Source: a virus (Duplodnaviria; Heunggongvirae; Uroviricota; Caudoviricetes). Taken from it: a DNA stretch of 64,000 nucleotides. The position numbers and the translations under genes were made by a program. The first letter of the stretch is position 1, and each line of letters opens with the position of its first letter. The notes beneath the pieces were generated by a model. It was not told where the DNA came from. It worked only from the letters and a program-made list of their open reading frames with translations, and ran no database searches. Of this stretch, positions 9,151 to 18,706 are shown piece by piece. Location: positions 1-64,000 of the IMG/VR virus record IMGVR_UViG_3300030035_000081; one strand, given 5' to 3'.

Positions 9151-10845
9151 GTGACAAAAAAGAACATTTTCCCTGTAGTTGCAACCATTGCTGTGGTAGG
9201 CATTGTTCTCGGAGTTTTTTCGATGACGGTGATGAGGGACTCAAACGTCAGCATTAGTACAATGACGTCCGAGCAGGCATATGCCAACTTGAGCAGCAAG
9301 ATGAAGCGCATCGGCGTGCAGGAGGTCAAGGTCAATCCTCAGCAGCTGGATGTCTCTGAATTCCTTGATGCAAAGGATGAACTGCCCGACATTGAATCCT
9401 CCTACCCATTCGTGGTCGTAGGAAACGGAGATGTGAACATCGAAATCTTTTCCTCTGGCGAGAAAGCAACAGAGTCCGGCTCAGATTCTTTCCTGACAAG
9501 CATGGCAAAAAAGTTCAATGCCCAGCACAACAAGACTTCCGGAGACAAGACTATGAGTGTCTCCCTGCGCTCCGTTCCGTCCGGTACGGCGGCTGAGTAC
9601 ATCTCGACGGGAAAGTATCAGCCCGAGTGCTATACCCCCTCAAATACGCTCTTTGGCGAGCTGGTGAAGAACGAGGGCGTAGAATTGACCGTTGAGGCTG
9701 ACCGTCTGGTCGGCAATGTGGCGGGTATTCTCGTATCAAAGAAGACAGGGGATATGCTTCGCTCTGAATACGGTGAAGCGTCTGTTTCTTCCGTTCTGAA
9801 CGCAACCATCGATGGCAAACTCATGATGGGATACTCGAACCCCTACACAAGTGCTACGGGTCTTAATTTTCTGCTTGAGGCTCTTGCGAGCAGCGGCAGC
9901 GATACGATTGTCGATACGGCTGCTGTTGAGAATTTCCAGAAATTTCAAGCGAACGTCCCTCTCGTATCCTTCACGACCCAGCAGATGGTCCAGTCGGCTG
10001 ACAAGGGTATCGTGGACGGTGTCGTGATGGAGTACCAGTCTTATCAGAATGACCCGACCTTGCAGCGCAACTACGAATTCATCCCGTTCGGTGTACGGCA
10101 CGATAATCCTCTGTATTCCATCGGGAATGTCTCTGCGGAGAAGAAGGAAGTTATTGCTGCCTTCGTTTCCTTCTGCGCTCAGAACCAGGCAGAGGCGACG
10201 AAGGACGGGTTCAATGGCCTCGATGACTATGCTTATACCGGTAAGGTATATGACGGCAACACCATCGCACAGGCTCAAAGTGTCTGGAAAGAAGAGAAGG
10301 ACTCAGGCATTCCTATTGTGGCAGAGTTCGTTGTCGATACTTCCGGCTCGATGCGCGGCGAACCCCTGAATGCCCTGAAAACCGCGATGATAAACACCAT
10401 CCAGTATATCAATGACGACAACTATATCGGCATCATTGGCTTTGATTCAGATGTCAGGGAATACCTGCCCATTAACCAGTTCTCTCTGACCCAGAAAACT
10501 CTGTATAAGGGTGCCGTGAACTCCCTCGATGCGAACGGCAGCACCGCAATGTACAACGGTCTTTGCGTTGCTATGGACCGCATCTACCAGAAATCTCAGG
10601 AACTGGGTGGGAATTGCACGCCCATCATCTTTGTGCTCACGGACGGTGACAACAATACCGGATATGGCTTCTCCGATACGAAGAACATCATTGCCGGTAT
10701 GGATATCCCCATTTACACCATCAGCTACAACTACGCAGCGGATAGTCTTTCGGAGCTCGCTTCCATCAACGAAGCGGCAGCTATCGTCGGCAACAGCGAG
10801 GATATCACCTACAAGCTCCGCAACCTGTTTAACGCAGAGATGTAA
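9151..10845 (+). CDS. von Willebrand factor type A (vWA) domain protein with an N-terminal TM segment and a solute-binding-like domain
   Basis: MIDAS motif DTSGSM ... GST ... TDGDNN in the C-terminal third. GTG start with AAGGAG RBS. Confidence 0.8.
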   Translation: MTKKNIFPVVATIAVVGIVLGVFSMTVMRDSNVSISTMTSEQAYANLSSKMKRIGVQEVKVNPQQLDVSEFLDAKDELPDIESSYPFVVVGNGDVNIEIFSSGEKATESGSDSFLTSMAKKFNAQHNKTSGDKTMSVSLRSVPSGTAAEYISTGKYQPECYTPSNTLFGELVKNEGVELTVEADRLVGNVAGILVSKKTGDMLRSEYGEASVSSVLNATIDGKLMMGYSNPYTSATGLNFLLEALASSGSDTIVDTAAVENFQKFQANVPLVSFTTQQMVQSADKGIVDGVVMEYQSYQNDPTLQRNYEFIPFGVRHDNPLYSIGNVSAEKKEVIAAFVSFCAQNQAEATKDGFNGLDDYAYTGKVYDGNTIAQAQSVWKEEKDSGIPIVAEFVVDTSGSMRGEPLNALKTAMINTIQYINDDNYIGIIGFDSDVREYLPINQFSLTQKTLYKGAVNSLDANGSTAMYNGLCVAMDRIYQKSQELGGNCTPIIFVLTDGDNNTGYGFSDTKNIIAGMDIPIYTISYNYAADSLSELASINEAAAIVGNSEDITYKLRNLFNAEM

Positions 10846-10850
10846 CTCAA

Positions 10851-10945
10851 AAGCGCGGTTTTGTCCGCGCAGCTGCTCCAAAAGACAGCCTCCACGCGGC
10901 GAGCAGCGGGCAACGGGAGACAGTCCCGGCAAATTGTCTTTGAGA
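10851..10945 (+). ncRNA. copy 1 of recurring structured RNA motif (AGCCUCCACGCGG loop closed by GCTGCTC/GAGCAGC, then GGGCAAC and a hairpin)
   Basis: Seen in sequence. Covaries with copies at 57105-57196 and 58911-58990. Confidence 0.45.
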
Positions 10946-10964
10946 CGGAAGGAAGAAGTGCCCT

Positions 10965-11354
10965 ATGCGAGTACAACAGGTTCCGAACTCACCCTATTTC
11001 ATCCATTACGACGATGAGGGCTTTTGCTGTATATCCAAAAGCAGAGAAAGCCAAGAACCTATCCCGGAATCTGAGATGCAAGCGTTCCTTGATGCAGTAG
11101 CCAACGGGTTACTCTACATCGAGAAAGAGCGAAAGAGCAGATACCAGCGCATCGAAGAAGCCGAAAAAGCAGCTTTTGCCAAGGGTGAAGCGGAAGGTCG
11201 AGAAGATAAGCTGCTCGCCACAGTCAAGGAGCTGAAGGAAGAACAAGCGTCAAGAGCAGAGTATGAGCGCAAGCTGCAATATGAAGTATATGCTCATCAT
11301 ACTTCGCACACCACGAAAACCGAGTGGGTTCGCCTTGGTCGTGGAGGATGGTGA
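10965..11354 (+). CDS. hypothetical protein (129 aa)
   Basis: ORF with coiled-coil-like middle region. Confidence 0.5.
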   Translation: MRVQQVPNSPYFIHYDDEGFCCISKSRESQEPIPESEMQAFLDAVANGLLYIEKERKSRYQRIEEAEKAAFAKGEAEGREDKLLATVKELKEEQASRAEYERKLQYEVYAHHTSHTTKTEWVRLGRGGW

Positions 11355-11356
11355 TT

Positions 11357-11620
11357 GACATGATGGGAAGCATTCCGATTCCGAATACAAGATTTTATCT
11401 GACCAGCATCGATGGCAAAAAGTGGTTCGTAACAGAATACTACAGAACCGCACCATTTAACCCCGACAAAGAGACCTATGACTTGTACAAGGCGTTTGCG
11501 GAAGCATTCAGAAAGAACGAAATGGAAGAGCAGGAGTTTCAAGAGGAGCTCAAAAAGGCCGTCAATAAAGCTTACGGAAACGGCTTATACGCCGGACGGC
11601 ATAGTGTTGATTTCGGCTGA
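11357..11620 (+). CDS. hypothetical protein (87 aa)
   Basis: GGAGGA RBS 8 nt upstream of ATG 11357. Confidence 0.5.
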   Translation, partial: DMMGSIPIPNTRFYLTSIDGKKWFVTEYYRTAPFNPDKETYDLYKAFAEAFRKNEMEEQEFQEELKKAVNKAYGNGLYAGRHSVDFG

Positions 11621-11666
11621 ACCGAACAAGAAAAGAAAAACGGCACAGGAAAGCGGCAGAACGAAT

Positions 11667-11912
11667 ATGAGCATAGCAAAAATCGAAACTGCATCAGGCG
11701 TAACGCTGGTTCTCAACGGCAAAACAGTTTTCGCCTCAGATGATACCTCATACTGGATGCAGGGGTCTAAAATCATCGACGAAAACGGTTGGATTTGTGG
11801 TAACGCCGAGACTATCCGAGATGCCCTGTGCATAGTCTTGGCAAAGTACGGCGGGCTAAAGGGAAACAGCGCAAAACAAACAAAACCAGTAAAGGCGGTG
11901 AGAGCATGGTAG
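11667..11912 (+). CDS. small paralog A of a four-member family (about 65-85 aa; conserved ...C.S.DEA...V...YGG... C-terminus)
   Basis: Paralogous to 11906..12097, 12108..12317 and 35061..35261. Start chosen to match family length; the ORF table starts earlier at 11478. Confidence 0.45.
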   Translation: MSIAKIETASGVTLVLNGKTVFASDDTSYWMQGSKIIDENGWICGNAETIRDALCIVLAKYGGLKGNSAKQTKPVKAVRAW

Positions 11913-12097
11913 TATATACGAAATCAGGCGTGACGGTGAATTGCTGCGGTAATCTCTTCATTGCATCGGACGGCAAAACCTACAACCTCTGCGGCAGGAT
12001 GCTGACCTGCAGCGGCAAGGTCATTAGCTACAACTGTCAGTCGAAAGACGAAGCACTGGGTACGGTCGTGGGACTGTACGGCGGTCGAAGGTTCTAG
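11906..12097 (+). CDS. small paralog B
   Basis: Sequence similarity to neighbours (SDGKTYNLCGRMLTCSGKVISYNCQSKDEALGTVVGLYGG). Confidence 0.55.
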   Translation: MVVYTKSGVTVNCCGNLFIASDGKTYNLCGRMLTCSGKVISYNCQSKDEALGTVVGLYGGRRF

Positions 12098-12107
12098 GAG
12101 GTACAAT

Positions 12108-12317
12108 ATGCAAACGGTCATGACAAACAGAGACGTAGAGCTACGTGTGGAAAGCAGCATCATTTACACAACCGATTCGAAGGCGTTCTGGCGCAGCGGC
12201 AACATGCTGGTCGGAAACGGCACGGTCGTCAGCTACCAGTGCCACTCGATGGATGAGGCGGTCGATATGGTCGCCGCCTTGTACAATGGCAGAAAAACAG
12301 AAGCAGCGCAAGCATAA
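12108..12317 (+). CDS. small paralog C
   Basis: AGGAGG RBS. Similar to A and B (VSYQCHSMDEAVDMVAALYNG). Confidence 0.6.
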   Translation: MQTVMTNRDVELRVESSIIYTTDSKAFWRSGNMLVGNGTVVSYQCHSMDEAVDMVAALYNGRKTEAAQA

Positions 12318-12335
12318 CCATCCTGCAAAAATATA

Positions 12336-12372
12336 TGCCGTTCATCTTTTTGGGTGGACGGCTTTTTGTTTT
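12336..12372 (+). terminator. intrinsic terminator
   Basis: Stem GCCGT...ACGGC followed by a T-run. Confidence 0.5.
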
Positions 12373-12437
12373 GTGAATACAGCGATTCAGTGGCGAAGCG
12401 AGCCGATTTTTCCAGCAGTTTGATACTCTGTGGGCAG

Positions 12438-12465
12438 TTGCACAGCCGTGCAAATTGCATACAAT
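12438..12465 (+). promoter_or_regulatory. island promoter family member 3: -35 TTGCAC, spacer AGCCGTGCAAATTGCA, -10 TACAAT
   Basis: Seen in sequence. About 340 nt upstream of 12807 gene. Confidence 0.5.
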
Positions 12466-12806
12466 GGGAATTGGAGAACAAAAAAGCGATGCAAGGATGT
12501 ATTTGCAATAAATATGGCGGCTGTTTTTGGTATTCACGAAACAACACGAAATTAAACGAAACGCGAAGAGGATACAAGAAAAGACGAATGAAATCCAGCT
12601 GAGGCGGATAATACTTGCGCCGAGTGGTTTGAAGTCCGGACAATGGGACAGCTAAAGTGGTAAAATAAAACTAGGAATACCTAAAATCAGATTTAACCGA
12701 AAAAACAAAAACCATGAATGAATAATTGGTTGCTAAAAAGTAACCGCTCGCTTTTATACCCAAACCAACAAATGACCCAAATCTGTTTAGGAAGGATAGG
12801 CACAAA

Positions 12807-14972
12807 ATGGCAAGAAGGAAAACAAACGACTTGGAAAATCAGATGTCGCTCATGGACATGATGGCATCGAAAAGCCCCGAATATACCGAAGAAGGCCCGG
12901 AAGAACTCTTGGACCCCGGCGAGGACATGGAGGACAGTGAAGGGCAGACGGATAAGCCCTTCAAACTCGTGGCGAACAAGACCACGAAGGCAAAGGCGAG
13001 CATCTCCACGCAGGCGTTGAGTGTTGTGAAGGCGGTATATGCTGATACGGTAGAAACGAATTGGGAAGAGTTGTTTGACGGGTTCGACAGACTCTATGCT
13101 ATCACTTTTTCGTCCGGTATCGAGTTCGTGAATAAGGTCATCAACAAGTTCTCGTATGCGGAAGTCGTGTTCGGATGCGAGAAAATCATCGCCAACGACA
13201 TTGCTGCCATCATGTCGGTGCAAATCGACAGCGTGCAGCGGCTCGCTAAGTCTAAGTCGGCAGGGAACCTTGCGAACCGCCTCGATGACGGGTCCTTGCA
13301 GCTGTATGTATCGCGAGACACGAAATCGCACGAGAAAATCTTTATCTTGGAGAGCGCTGACCATAAGCGTGTCCGAGTCATCACCGGCAGTGCGAATATG
13401 TCGGCATCGGCGTTTTGCGGCATTCAGCGAGAGAATATCGTCTGCTTCGATGACGAGGCGGCATTTTCGCATTACAAGGTTCTGTTCGAGACCTTCAAGG
13501 AGACCTGCTCCGACAATGTCTCCTATAAGGCAGTCGTGAACACCATGAACCAGGAAGATTATCTGAAAGAGAACATCAAAGAAGTGCCCGTCTTTCAGTC
13601 TATTGAAAAGCAGAAGCTTGTCTTTCTGGAACAGGCACAGCCTGAGGATGAGGTCGAATACGAGATAGCTGCCGATGTCAAGAAAATGCAGGAACTCGTC
13701 AAGCCAATCATGCCTAAGATGCCGGTACAGGCGAATCGTATTGTAGTGGCAGCGGAACCGATGCGCGTTTTCGGGAAACGATATACCGAGGTGCGGCGTG
13801 TGGCAGCTGAGGCAGTTAAGCAGCTCCCAAAATTACATATCGACTATGATGCCGGGACCATGACCTTCAACGACGAAAATATCGACCTCAATCCGAATCT
13901 CAGCGAGGTGGCAAAGAACATCAAGAGCATCCAGAAGTTCTTCTCAGGCATGGACTACTTTTACGGCGATGTCGAACAGGCCAAGAAGGACTACTTCAAG
14001 TACATGACCTGGTATCTGGCTACTCCGTTCATGGCGTATCTGCGGTATTTCGCATCGAGGAACAACTACGATACGAAGCTGTTCCCGATGTACGGCGTTA
14101 TATACGGCGACTCAAACGGCGGCAAGACGACCTTTATAAAATTTCTTGTCAAACTCATGTGCGGTGAGACCGTTAAGATGAACACGACGGAGGATTTCAC
14201 AGCCACAAGAATCGACGGCCTCAAACGAGTTTGTGAGGGACTGCCGCTGAACATCGACGACCTCGCCAAGACCCAGTTTCAGAACCATTCAGAACGGGTA
14301 ATCAAGAACGATGAATGGGGTATCTCGGACAGGCTCGTGAACTATCCTGCTGTATCTATCACATCGAATAAAATTACCTCGCTGACAAAAGACCTCTCGA
14401 AACGTGCTATCATCTGTCGAATTGGTGCTAAAATCGACAACGAGCGCGGTGCCAAGAACTCGAAGCGTGTGAATGAGAGTATGTCGGAGCTGACAACCGC
14501 GTTCTATGGCGAATATGTCCGCCGAATGCTTGTTTGCATCGATGAGATGACGACGGAAATGCGTGAAAATGCGAATGGCAAGGAATACTTCCCGGATATC
14601 TTCCACGCTTCGTCTAGTGTCATTGCAGATATCTTCGAGGCATGCGGAATCGATTTGCCGGACTATGTGCGTATCCTGTACTATAACGACTATATGGGTG
14701 ATGAGAGCATTGGTCGTGCTGCAATTGAGAAAATCGAACTGGCATGGCAGGCTGACCCGAGCAAGTTCCGGGTCGATAAGAAGCAGAACAGGCTCATTTA
14801 CTCCTATCCGCCGGATGGACCGTGGTACGAACTGAAATACATTGCAGATGAGCTGCCGAACTCCCTCGAAGCAGAGATTTCTGGCGGCAACCAGCTTATC
14901 ATGAACTACGAGCAGGCACAGGAATTGTTCGGCATCAAGTTTCGGCGCTGGCTGGGCATCTTTAACCTCTAA
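12807..14972 (+). CDS. large P-loop NTPase protein (Walker A GDSNGGKT), VirE/D5-like (SF3) candidate, with an N-terminal HKD-like motif (HEK...GSAN)
   Basis: 721 aa. Walker A seen directly. The HKD-like spacing is non-canonical, so the nuclease assignment is tentative. Confidence 0.7.
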   Translation: MARRKTNDLENQMSLMDMMASKSPEYTEEGPEELLDPGEDMEDSEGQTDKPFKLVANKTTKAKASISTQALSVVKAVYADTVETNWEELFDGFDRLYAITFSSGIEFVNKVINKFSYAEVVFGCEKIIANDIAAIMSVQIDSVQRLAKSKSAGNLANRLDDGSLQLYVSRDTKSHEKIFILESADHKRVRVITGSANMSASAFCGIQRENIVCFDDEAAFSHYKVLFETFKETCSDNVSYKAVVNTMNQEDYLKENIKEVPVFQSIEKQKLVFLEQAQPEDEVEYEIAADVKKMQELVKPIMPKMPVQANRIVVAAEPMRVFGKRYTEVRRVAAEAVKQLPKLHIDYDAGTMTFNDENIDLNPNLSEVAKNIKSIQKFFSGMDYFYGDVEQAKKDYFKYMTWYLATPFMAYLRYFASRNNYDTKLFPMYGVIYGDSNGGKTTFIKFLVKLMCGETVKMNTTEDFTATRIDGLKRVCEGLPLNIDDLAKTQFQNHSERVIKNDEWGISDRLVNYPAVSITSNKITSLTKDLSKRAIICRIGAKIDNERGAKNSKRVNESMSELTTAFYGEYVRRMLVCIDEMTTEMRENANGKEYFPDIFHASSSVIADIFEACGIDLPDYVRILYYNDYMGDESIGRAAIEKIELAWQADPSKFRVDKKQNRLIYSYPPDGPWYELKYIADELPNSLEAEISGGNQLIMNYEQAQELFGIKFRRWLGIFNL

Positions 14973-15023
14973 TATGCATGGCAGGTTCTTTTCGGAGCCT
15001 GCCTTCTTATTTCGCAAAAATAG

Positions 15024-15051
15024 TTGCCCATTTGTGCGAATTGCAGACAAT
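15024..15051 (+). promoter_or_regulatory. island promoter family member 4: -35 TTGCCC, spacer ATTTGTGCGAATTGCA, -10 GACAAT
   Basis: Seen in sequence. Confidence 0.6.
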
Positions 15052-15134
15052 CAGAAATAAAGCGTAAAGCAAAGGAGCTGAGTACCATCTCAAAATTTGC
15101 AAGCAAAAAGTTGATTGAGCGAAATTGCAATATC

Positions 15135-15602
15135 ATGAAAGACTACGGCAACGGCTATTCCATTGAGGAGCTTGCCGCAAAATACAGGTTGAGCGTCCGT
15201 ACATGCTATCGAGCGTTAGACGACGCGAAACAGGAGGCCAGAATTCAGTTGGCGCAGGTAGAGGATGCTAGAAAGGCCGAAATTCTTGCGGCATACAAGA
15301 ACAGTGTCCCTCTCAAGGAAATGATTGCGAAATTTAACGTGGCAGAAGGATATTGCAGCATGGTTGCCAACGATGCGGGCCTGACTGAAAACCGTAGAAA
15401 TGAGCGCATCAAAATTCGGCAAAAACCCCGCAATGAGAATATCTTTCGAGAATACGAGAGTGGCGTGCCGGTGCAGAAACTATCCGAAAAATATCAGCTC
15501 TCGGTTCCTGGTATTTACAAGGTTATCCAGCGAGTGAGAAGGCAAAAGGAGGCGATGAGTCTTGCAATGGATTGTGAAGCAAACCAAATCGAAAGGATAT
15601 GA
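15135..15602 (+). CDS. tandem helix-turn-helix repeat protein (3 repeats of G.S..ELA.KY.LS....Y-type HTH)
   Basis: Repeats such as YSIEELAAKYRLSVRTCYRAL and PVQKLSEKYQLSVPGIYKVIQ. Start uncertain. Confidence 0.5.
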   Translation: MKDYGNGYSIEELAAKYRLSVRTCYRALDDAKQEARIQLAQVEDARKAEILAAYKNSVPLKEMIAKFNVAEGYCSMVANDAGLTENRRNERIKIRQKPRNENIFREYESGVPVQKLSEKYQLSVPGIYKVIQRVRRQKEAMSLAMDCEANQIERI

Positions 15603-16200
15603 GTTCACCTTCGATATCGTGAAAGGCAAGGCCGTTATCGGGCAGGCACACTATATCCCGAAATTGCTACGGCAGGGTTATGGCATCCGGCTGAATGATT
15701 CCAAGTTCCTGCTGCAATACATGCCAGCTGCTGACGCAAGGGCGTACATGCGCGGCATCAACACAAAAGATATTCTGAGACACCCTTTTGCTATCCGTGA
15801 GAACAACTGCACGGTAGGCGAGATTTCCGTCATCCATACAAAAACCGGATTCCTCCAAGGATACAATTCTATCGCCATGCAGCTGTATGGCGAGGAATAC
15901 CAGAGCTACAAAATTGGTTTTGGAAAAGAAGGAGTATGCTGCCCTGTATTTCTTGGCGGACAGCAAATCGCCCAAATCAATAAGAGCGCGGTGGTCAAGG
16001 ATAATCTGGATGAATACCTGATTTACGCAGTGAATGAAAAGGCACTGATGCCGTCCGTCATGTTCGCCATTTATATTGATGGAATATACTACGCAAACCG
16101 AGGCATGTATGTGGATGACGCAACGACTATCAACTGCGAATACAGCTTGAACGAGGAAGTCCTGTCCCACTACGACCCGAATTTTGTCAAAGGACTATGA
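15562..16200 (+). CDS. hypothetical protein (212 aa; TTG start with AAGGAGG RBS)
   Basis: Strong RBS 9 nt upstream of TTG 15562. Confidence 0.55.
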   Translation: MQWIVKQTKSKGYEFTFDIVKGKAVIGQAHYIPKLLRQGYGIRLNDSKFLLQYMPAADARAYMRGINTKDILRHPFAIRENNCTVGEISVIHTKTGFLQGYNSIAMQLYGEEYQSYKIGFGKEGVCCPVFLGGQQIAQINKSAVVKDNLDEYLIYAVNEKALMPSVMFAIYIDGIYYANRGMYVDDATTINCEYSLNEEVLSHYDPNFVKGL

Positions 16201-16233
16201 CTCCGATAACTGGTATTCACAGACAATATCATG

Positions 16234-16261
16234 TTGCGAAACTGTGCGAATTGCAGACAAT
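16234..16261 (+). promoter_or_regulatory. island promoter family member 5: -35 TTGCGA, spacer AACTGTGCGAATTGCA, -10 GACAAT
   Basis: Seen in sequence. Confidence 0.6.
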
Positions 16262-16300
16262 TAAAAGTGAATGAATTACAAAAGCTACAGAGGATAAACA

Positions 16301-16900
16301 ATGAGCTATGAACCCATTATCACACCGGGCAGGAATTTCTTTCTTGTCTCGACGGAGTACAAAGAGAGCAGCTCTGCCTGGTGCCGCAAGCAAATTAGAG
16401 CGACACTGAGGACCTGTCAGGGACGAGTCATCATCATTGATGCAACGGGCGAGTACGCGGACTTGGCGCTTGAACATGACAGATTGATTCGAGAGAAAAT
16501 CCCGTCCATCATTTATCGGTATAAGCTGGTGGACGGGAAACCGTATATTGCTCATGTCATTGAAGTTGATACGGAAGCAAATGAAGCACCGCACCTGATT
16601 GTATACGATATCAGCCGGACCATAATCACCAGCTGGAAGGTCGGCGTGGAGGCAATTGATAAAATCCTACAATCCTATGCCGTGATGCAGGACAGTGAAA
16701 TCGCGTGGCTGTATGTTCCGCTGGACTTATATACCAATGTCAAGCCCGAAAGCGAATCCTGGAACATTTTGGAACGAACTATCAAGGGTAATGAAGGCAA
16801 GCTCATGACAGTACTGACGACTCGCAAATTCACCATTGGGATGGTCCAGCGCTGTTTGCATATGGCAAAAATCAAAAATAATTTGGAGGATAACAAATGA
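16301..16900 (+). CDS. hypothetical protein (199 aa)
   Basis: GAGGA RBS. ORF. Confidence 0.6.
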   Translation: MSYEPIITPGRNFFLVSTEYKESSSAWCRKQIRATLRTCQGRVIIIDATGEYADLALEHDRLIREKIPSIIYRYKLVDGKPYIAHVIEVDTEANEAPHLIVYDISRTIITSWKVGVEAIDKILQSYAVMQDSEIAWLYVPLDLYTNVKPESESWNILERTIKGNEGKLMTVLTTRKFTIGMVQRCLHMAKIKNNLEDNK

Positions 16901-17784
16901 CCAATGAACAGCTGAGAATCGCATTGACGGCGAATGCCGTTACCAAACAAACCCGAAACCATTTTGGATTCAGTGACCCGTGTGGAAAAACGCTGGAAGA
17001 ATACAACAAGTCCGCGATGCTGTGCTGCATGACAGCGGCGCAGAGAATGAACACGCCGGGTTTTGAGCGTGTTTTGGCTGCGCAGATTTTTCCCTGCTTT
17101 ACCATTGGCTGCTGGAATCAGACGAAGACGGTCTATGATTTTGACTACGAGTTTCAGAAAATTCTTATGGATACGGATGACATGGCGATTCATCAGGATA
17201 TCCTGCAGCGGCTTCCGATTCGTGATTTCTTTATCCCGGTGTATGACAGCTACGACTACAACGGTATGTTCGTGCATGTGGAATTCGAAGAGAAAGAGAA
17301 GACCACTGCTTTCGGCATCGTTCTTGTCGGCCCGGCCAAAGGCAGCCATGATGATTTCACGTTCCTGACTCTGCCTGCCTGGGCCAAAGAAAACCAGAGT
17401 TTGACGGAAGCAACTCGGAGCACGAAAGAATACCTGGAAAAGGCAGCCGGGCAGCGGCAGGTAAATGGTATCAGCGTACCGGCTGTGATGGAAGCAGTTC
17501 CTTCGGTCTTTGACGGCGGCACACCTTATGTTCGCCTGGCAATCCTGTGTGCCTACTATCTTGCCAGTAAGAACCCTGATGTCCGCTTGGAAACTTCCAA
17601 AAAGCGTGACCGCCCGGTATTCGTGTTTCAGGGAAAGGCACAGCGAATCAACGTCAAGACATATACCGTTGGTGAGAATGCGGCCAAAGAATACAAAAAG
17701 AATGGGGAAGGCAAAACTCCCCGCTGGCAGCATTACTGGTGCGGCAATGGCCGGGAACGCCGGGAATGCAAGTTTATTTACTGA
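16897..17784 (+). CDS. hypothetical protein (295 aa)
   Basis: ORF overlapping the upstream stop by 4 nt. Antisense 408-aa ORF judged spurious. Confidence 0.6.
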   Translation: MTNEQLRIALTANAVTKQTRNHFGFSDPCGKTLEEYNKSAMLCCMTAAQRMNTPGFERVLAAQIFPCFTIGCWNQTKTVYDFDYEFQKILMDTDDMAIHQDILQRLPIRDFFIPVYDSYDYNGMFVHVEFEEKEKTTAFGIVLVGPAKGSHDDFTFLTLPAWAKENQSLTEATRSTKEYLEKAAGQRQVNGISVPAVMEAVPSVFDGGTPYVRLAILCAYYLASKNPDVRLETSKKRDRPVFVFQGKAQRINVKTYTVGENAAKEYKKNGEGKTPRWQHYWCGNGRERRECKFIY

Positions 17785-17802
17785 TGGCGGTGAGGGTGAA
17801 TC

Positions 17803-18510
17803 ATGGCTCCCCATACTTATCAGGACCCGATTGGGTTCTATGAATGGTTCGATGACCTTCCTTATGCTATCCAGGATAGTATTCTGAAACACCTGCCGCA
17901 TATGGAAGGCGAGGAATGGCTCATTGTCATTATCCTTGCAGCTCTTCTTCTGATGATTCTGGTTTCAGCGTATCTGTGCTATGCAAGGCATAATGTCAGA
18001 AAGACGAGTGAACGACTCAACGCTCTGAAAGAACTGAATGCTGCAACAAAGTTTATACCGGTCGAGACGCAGTACCGATACTACCTACGCTCTGATACGA
18101 AACTGGAATACGAGGAGTTTTCACTCCCGAAATTCTTCCGCCGCGAAGTGAGAGAAAACTTTAAGCTGTTCAACACTCTTCTTGGCAATGCTCGGGCAAA
18201 CACGATATTTTATGAAACATATGCCCTCGAAATCCAGGAACTCCCGGATTGGACAGAATCGGATGACGATTGCGGGCGGCATATCCCGTTCTTCCTCTAC
18301 CACAACATCGAGAAAGAGTTGTACGATGAAACTGTCCTGGACTGCCCTGTAACGAACCCTGAGTTTGTCTGTACGAAAAGCTATCTGCCCAAAGATGCCA
18401 AAGAGCCGATTGAGACGGAAGAGACCTATACACTGGAGGAACTGGAAGAGTACATACGCCGCTTGAAGGTTGCAGCCGAGGTTAAGAAAAGCGGCCAGAG
18501 TGCAAGCTGA
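17803..18510 (+). CDS. membrane-anchored hypothetical protein (235 aa)
   Basis: One hydrophobic helix (LIVIILAALLLMILVSAYL). Confidence 0.6.
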   Translation: MAPHTYQDPIGFYEWFDDLPYAIQDSILKHLPHMEGEEWLIVIILAALLLMILVSAYLCYARHNVRKTSERLNALKELNAATKFIPVETQYRYYLRSDTKLEYEEFSLPKFFRREVRENFKLFNTLLGNARANTIFYETYALEIQELPDWTESDDDCGRHIPFFLYHNIEKELYDETVLDCPVTNPEFVCTKSYLPKDAKEPIETEETYTLEELEEYIRRLKVAAEVKKSGQSAS

Positions 18511-18649
18511 AAAAAGTCAGCAGCCATAAGCAAGAGGCAGGGCCCTGTGTTTCATGGTTCCAGAACGTCTTCCCACCTTAATTTTACCAGCACTTTGATA
18601 TTTTGTGGTTATTGACAAACGGCGCAAAAGGTGCTTGGGTTAAAAGCCC

Positions 18650-18676
18650 TTGCAAAAAGTGCGATATCCATATAAT
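18650..18676 (+). promoter_or_regulatory. island promoter family member 6 (variant): -35 TTGCAA, spacer AAAGTGCGATATCCA, -10 TATAAT
   Basis: Seen in sequence. A canonical TTGACA lies 35 nt upstream. Confidence 0.5.
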
Positions 18677-18706
18677 AAATTGAAATTCAAAAGGGAGATA
18701 CACATT

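Noticed and set aside
11478-11666. Upstream extension of the 11667 ORF, which would give a 144-aa basic protein
   Set aside because: It overlaps the 11357..11620 gene out of frame, its translation is Arg/Lys/Ser low-complexity, and the paralogs are all 65-85 aa.
16675-17901. 408-aa minus-strand ORF
   Set aside because: Antisense to two well-formed plus-strand genes. Pro/Ala/Cys-rich with no RBS. Inconsistent with the island's uniform plus orientation.
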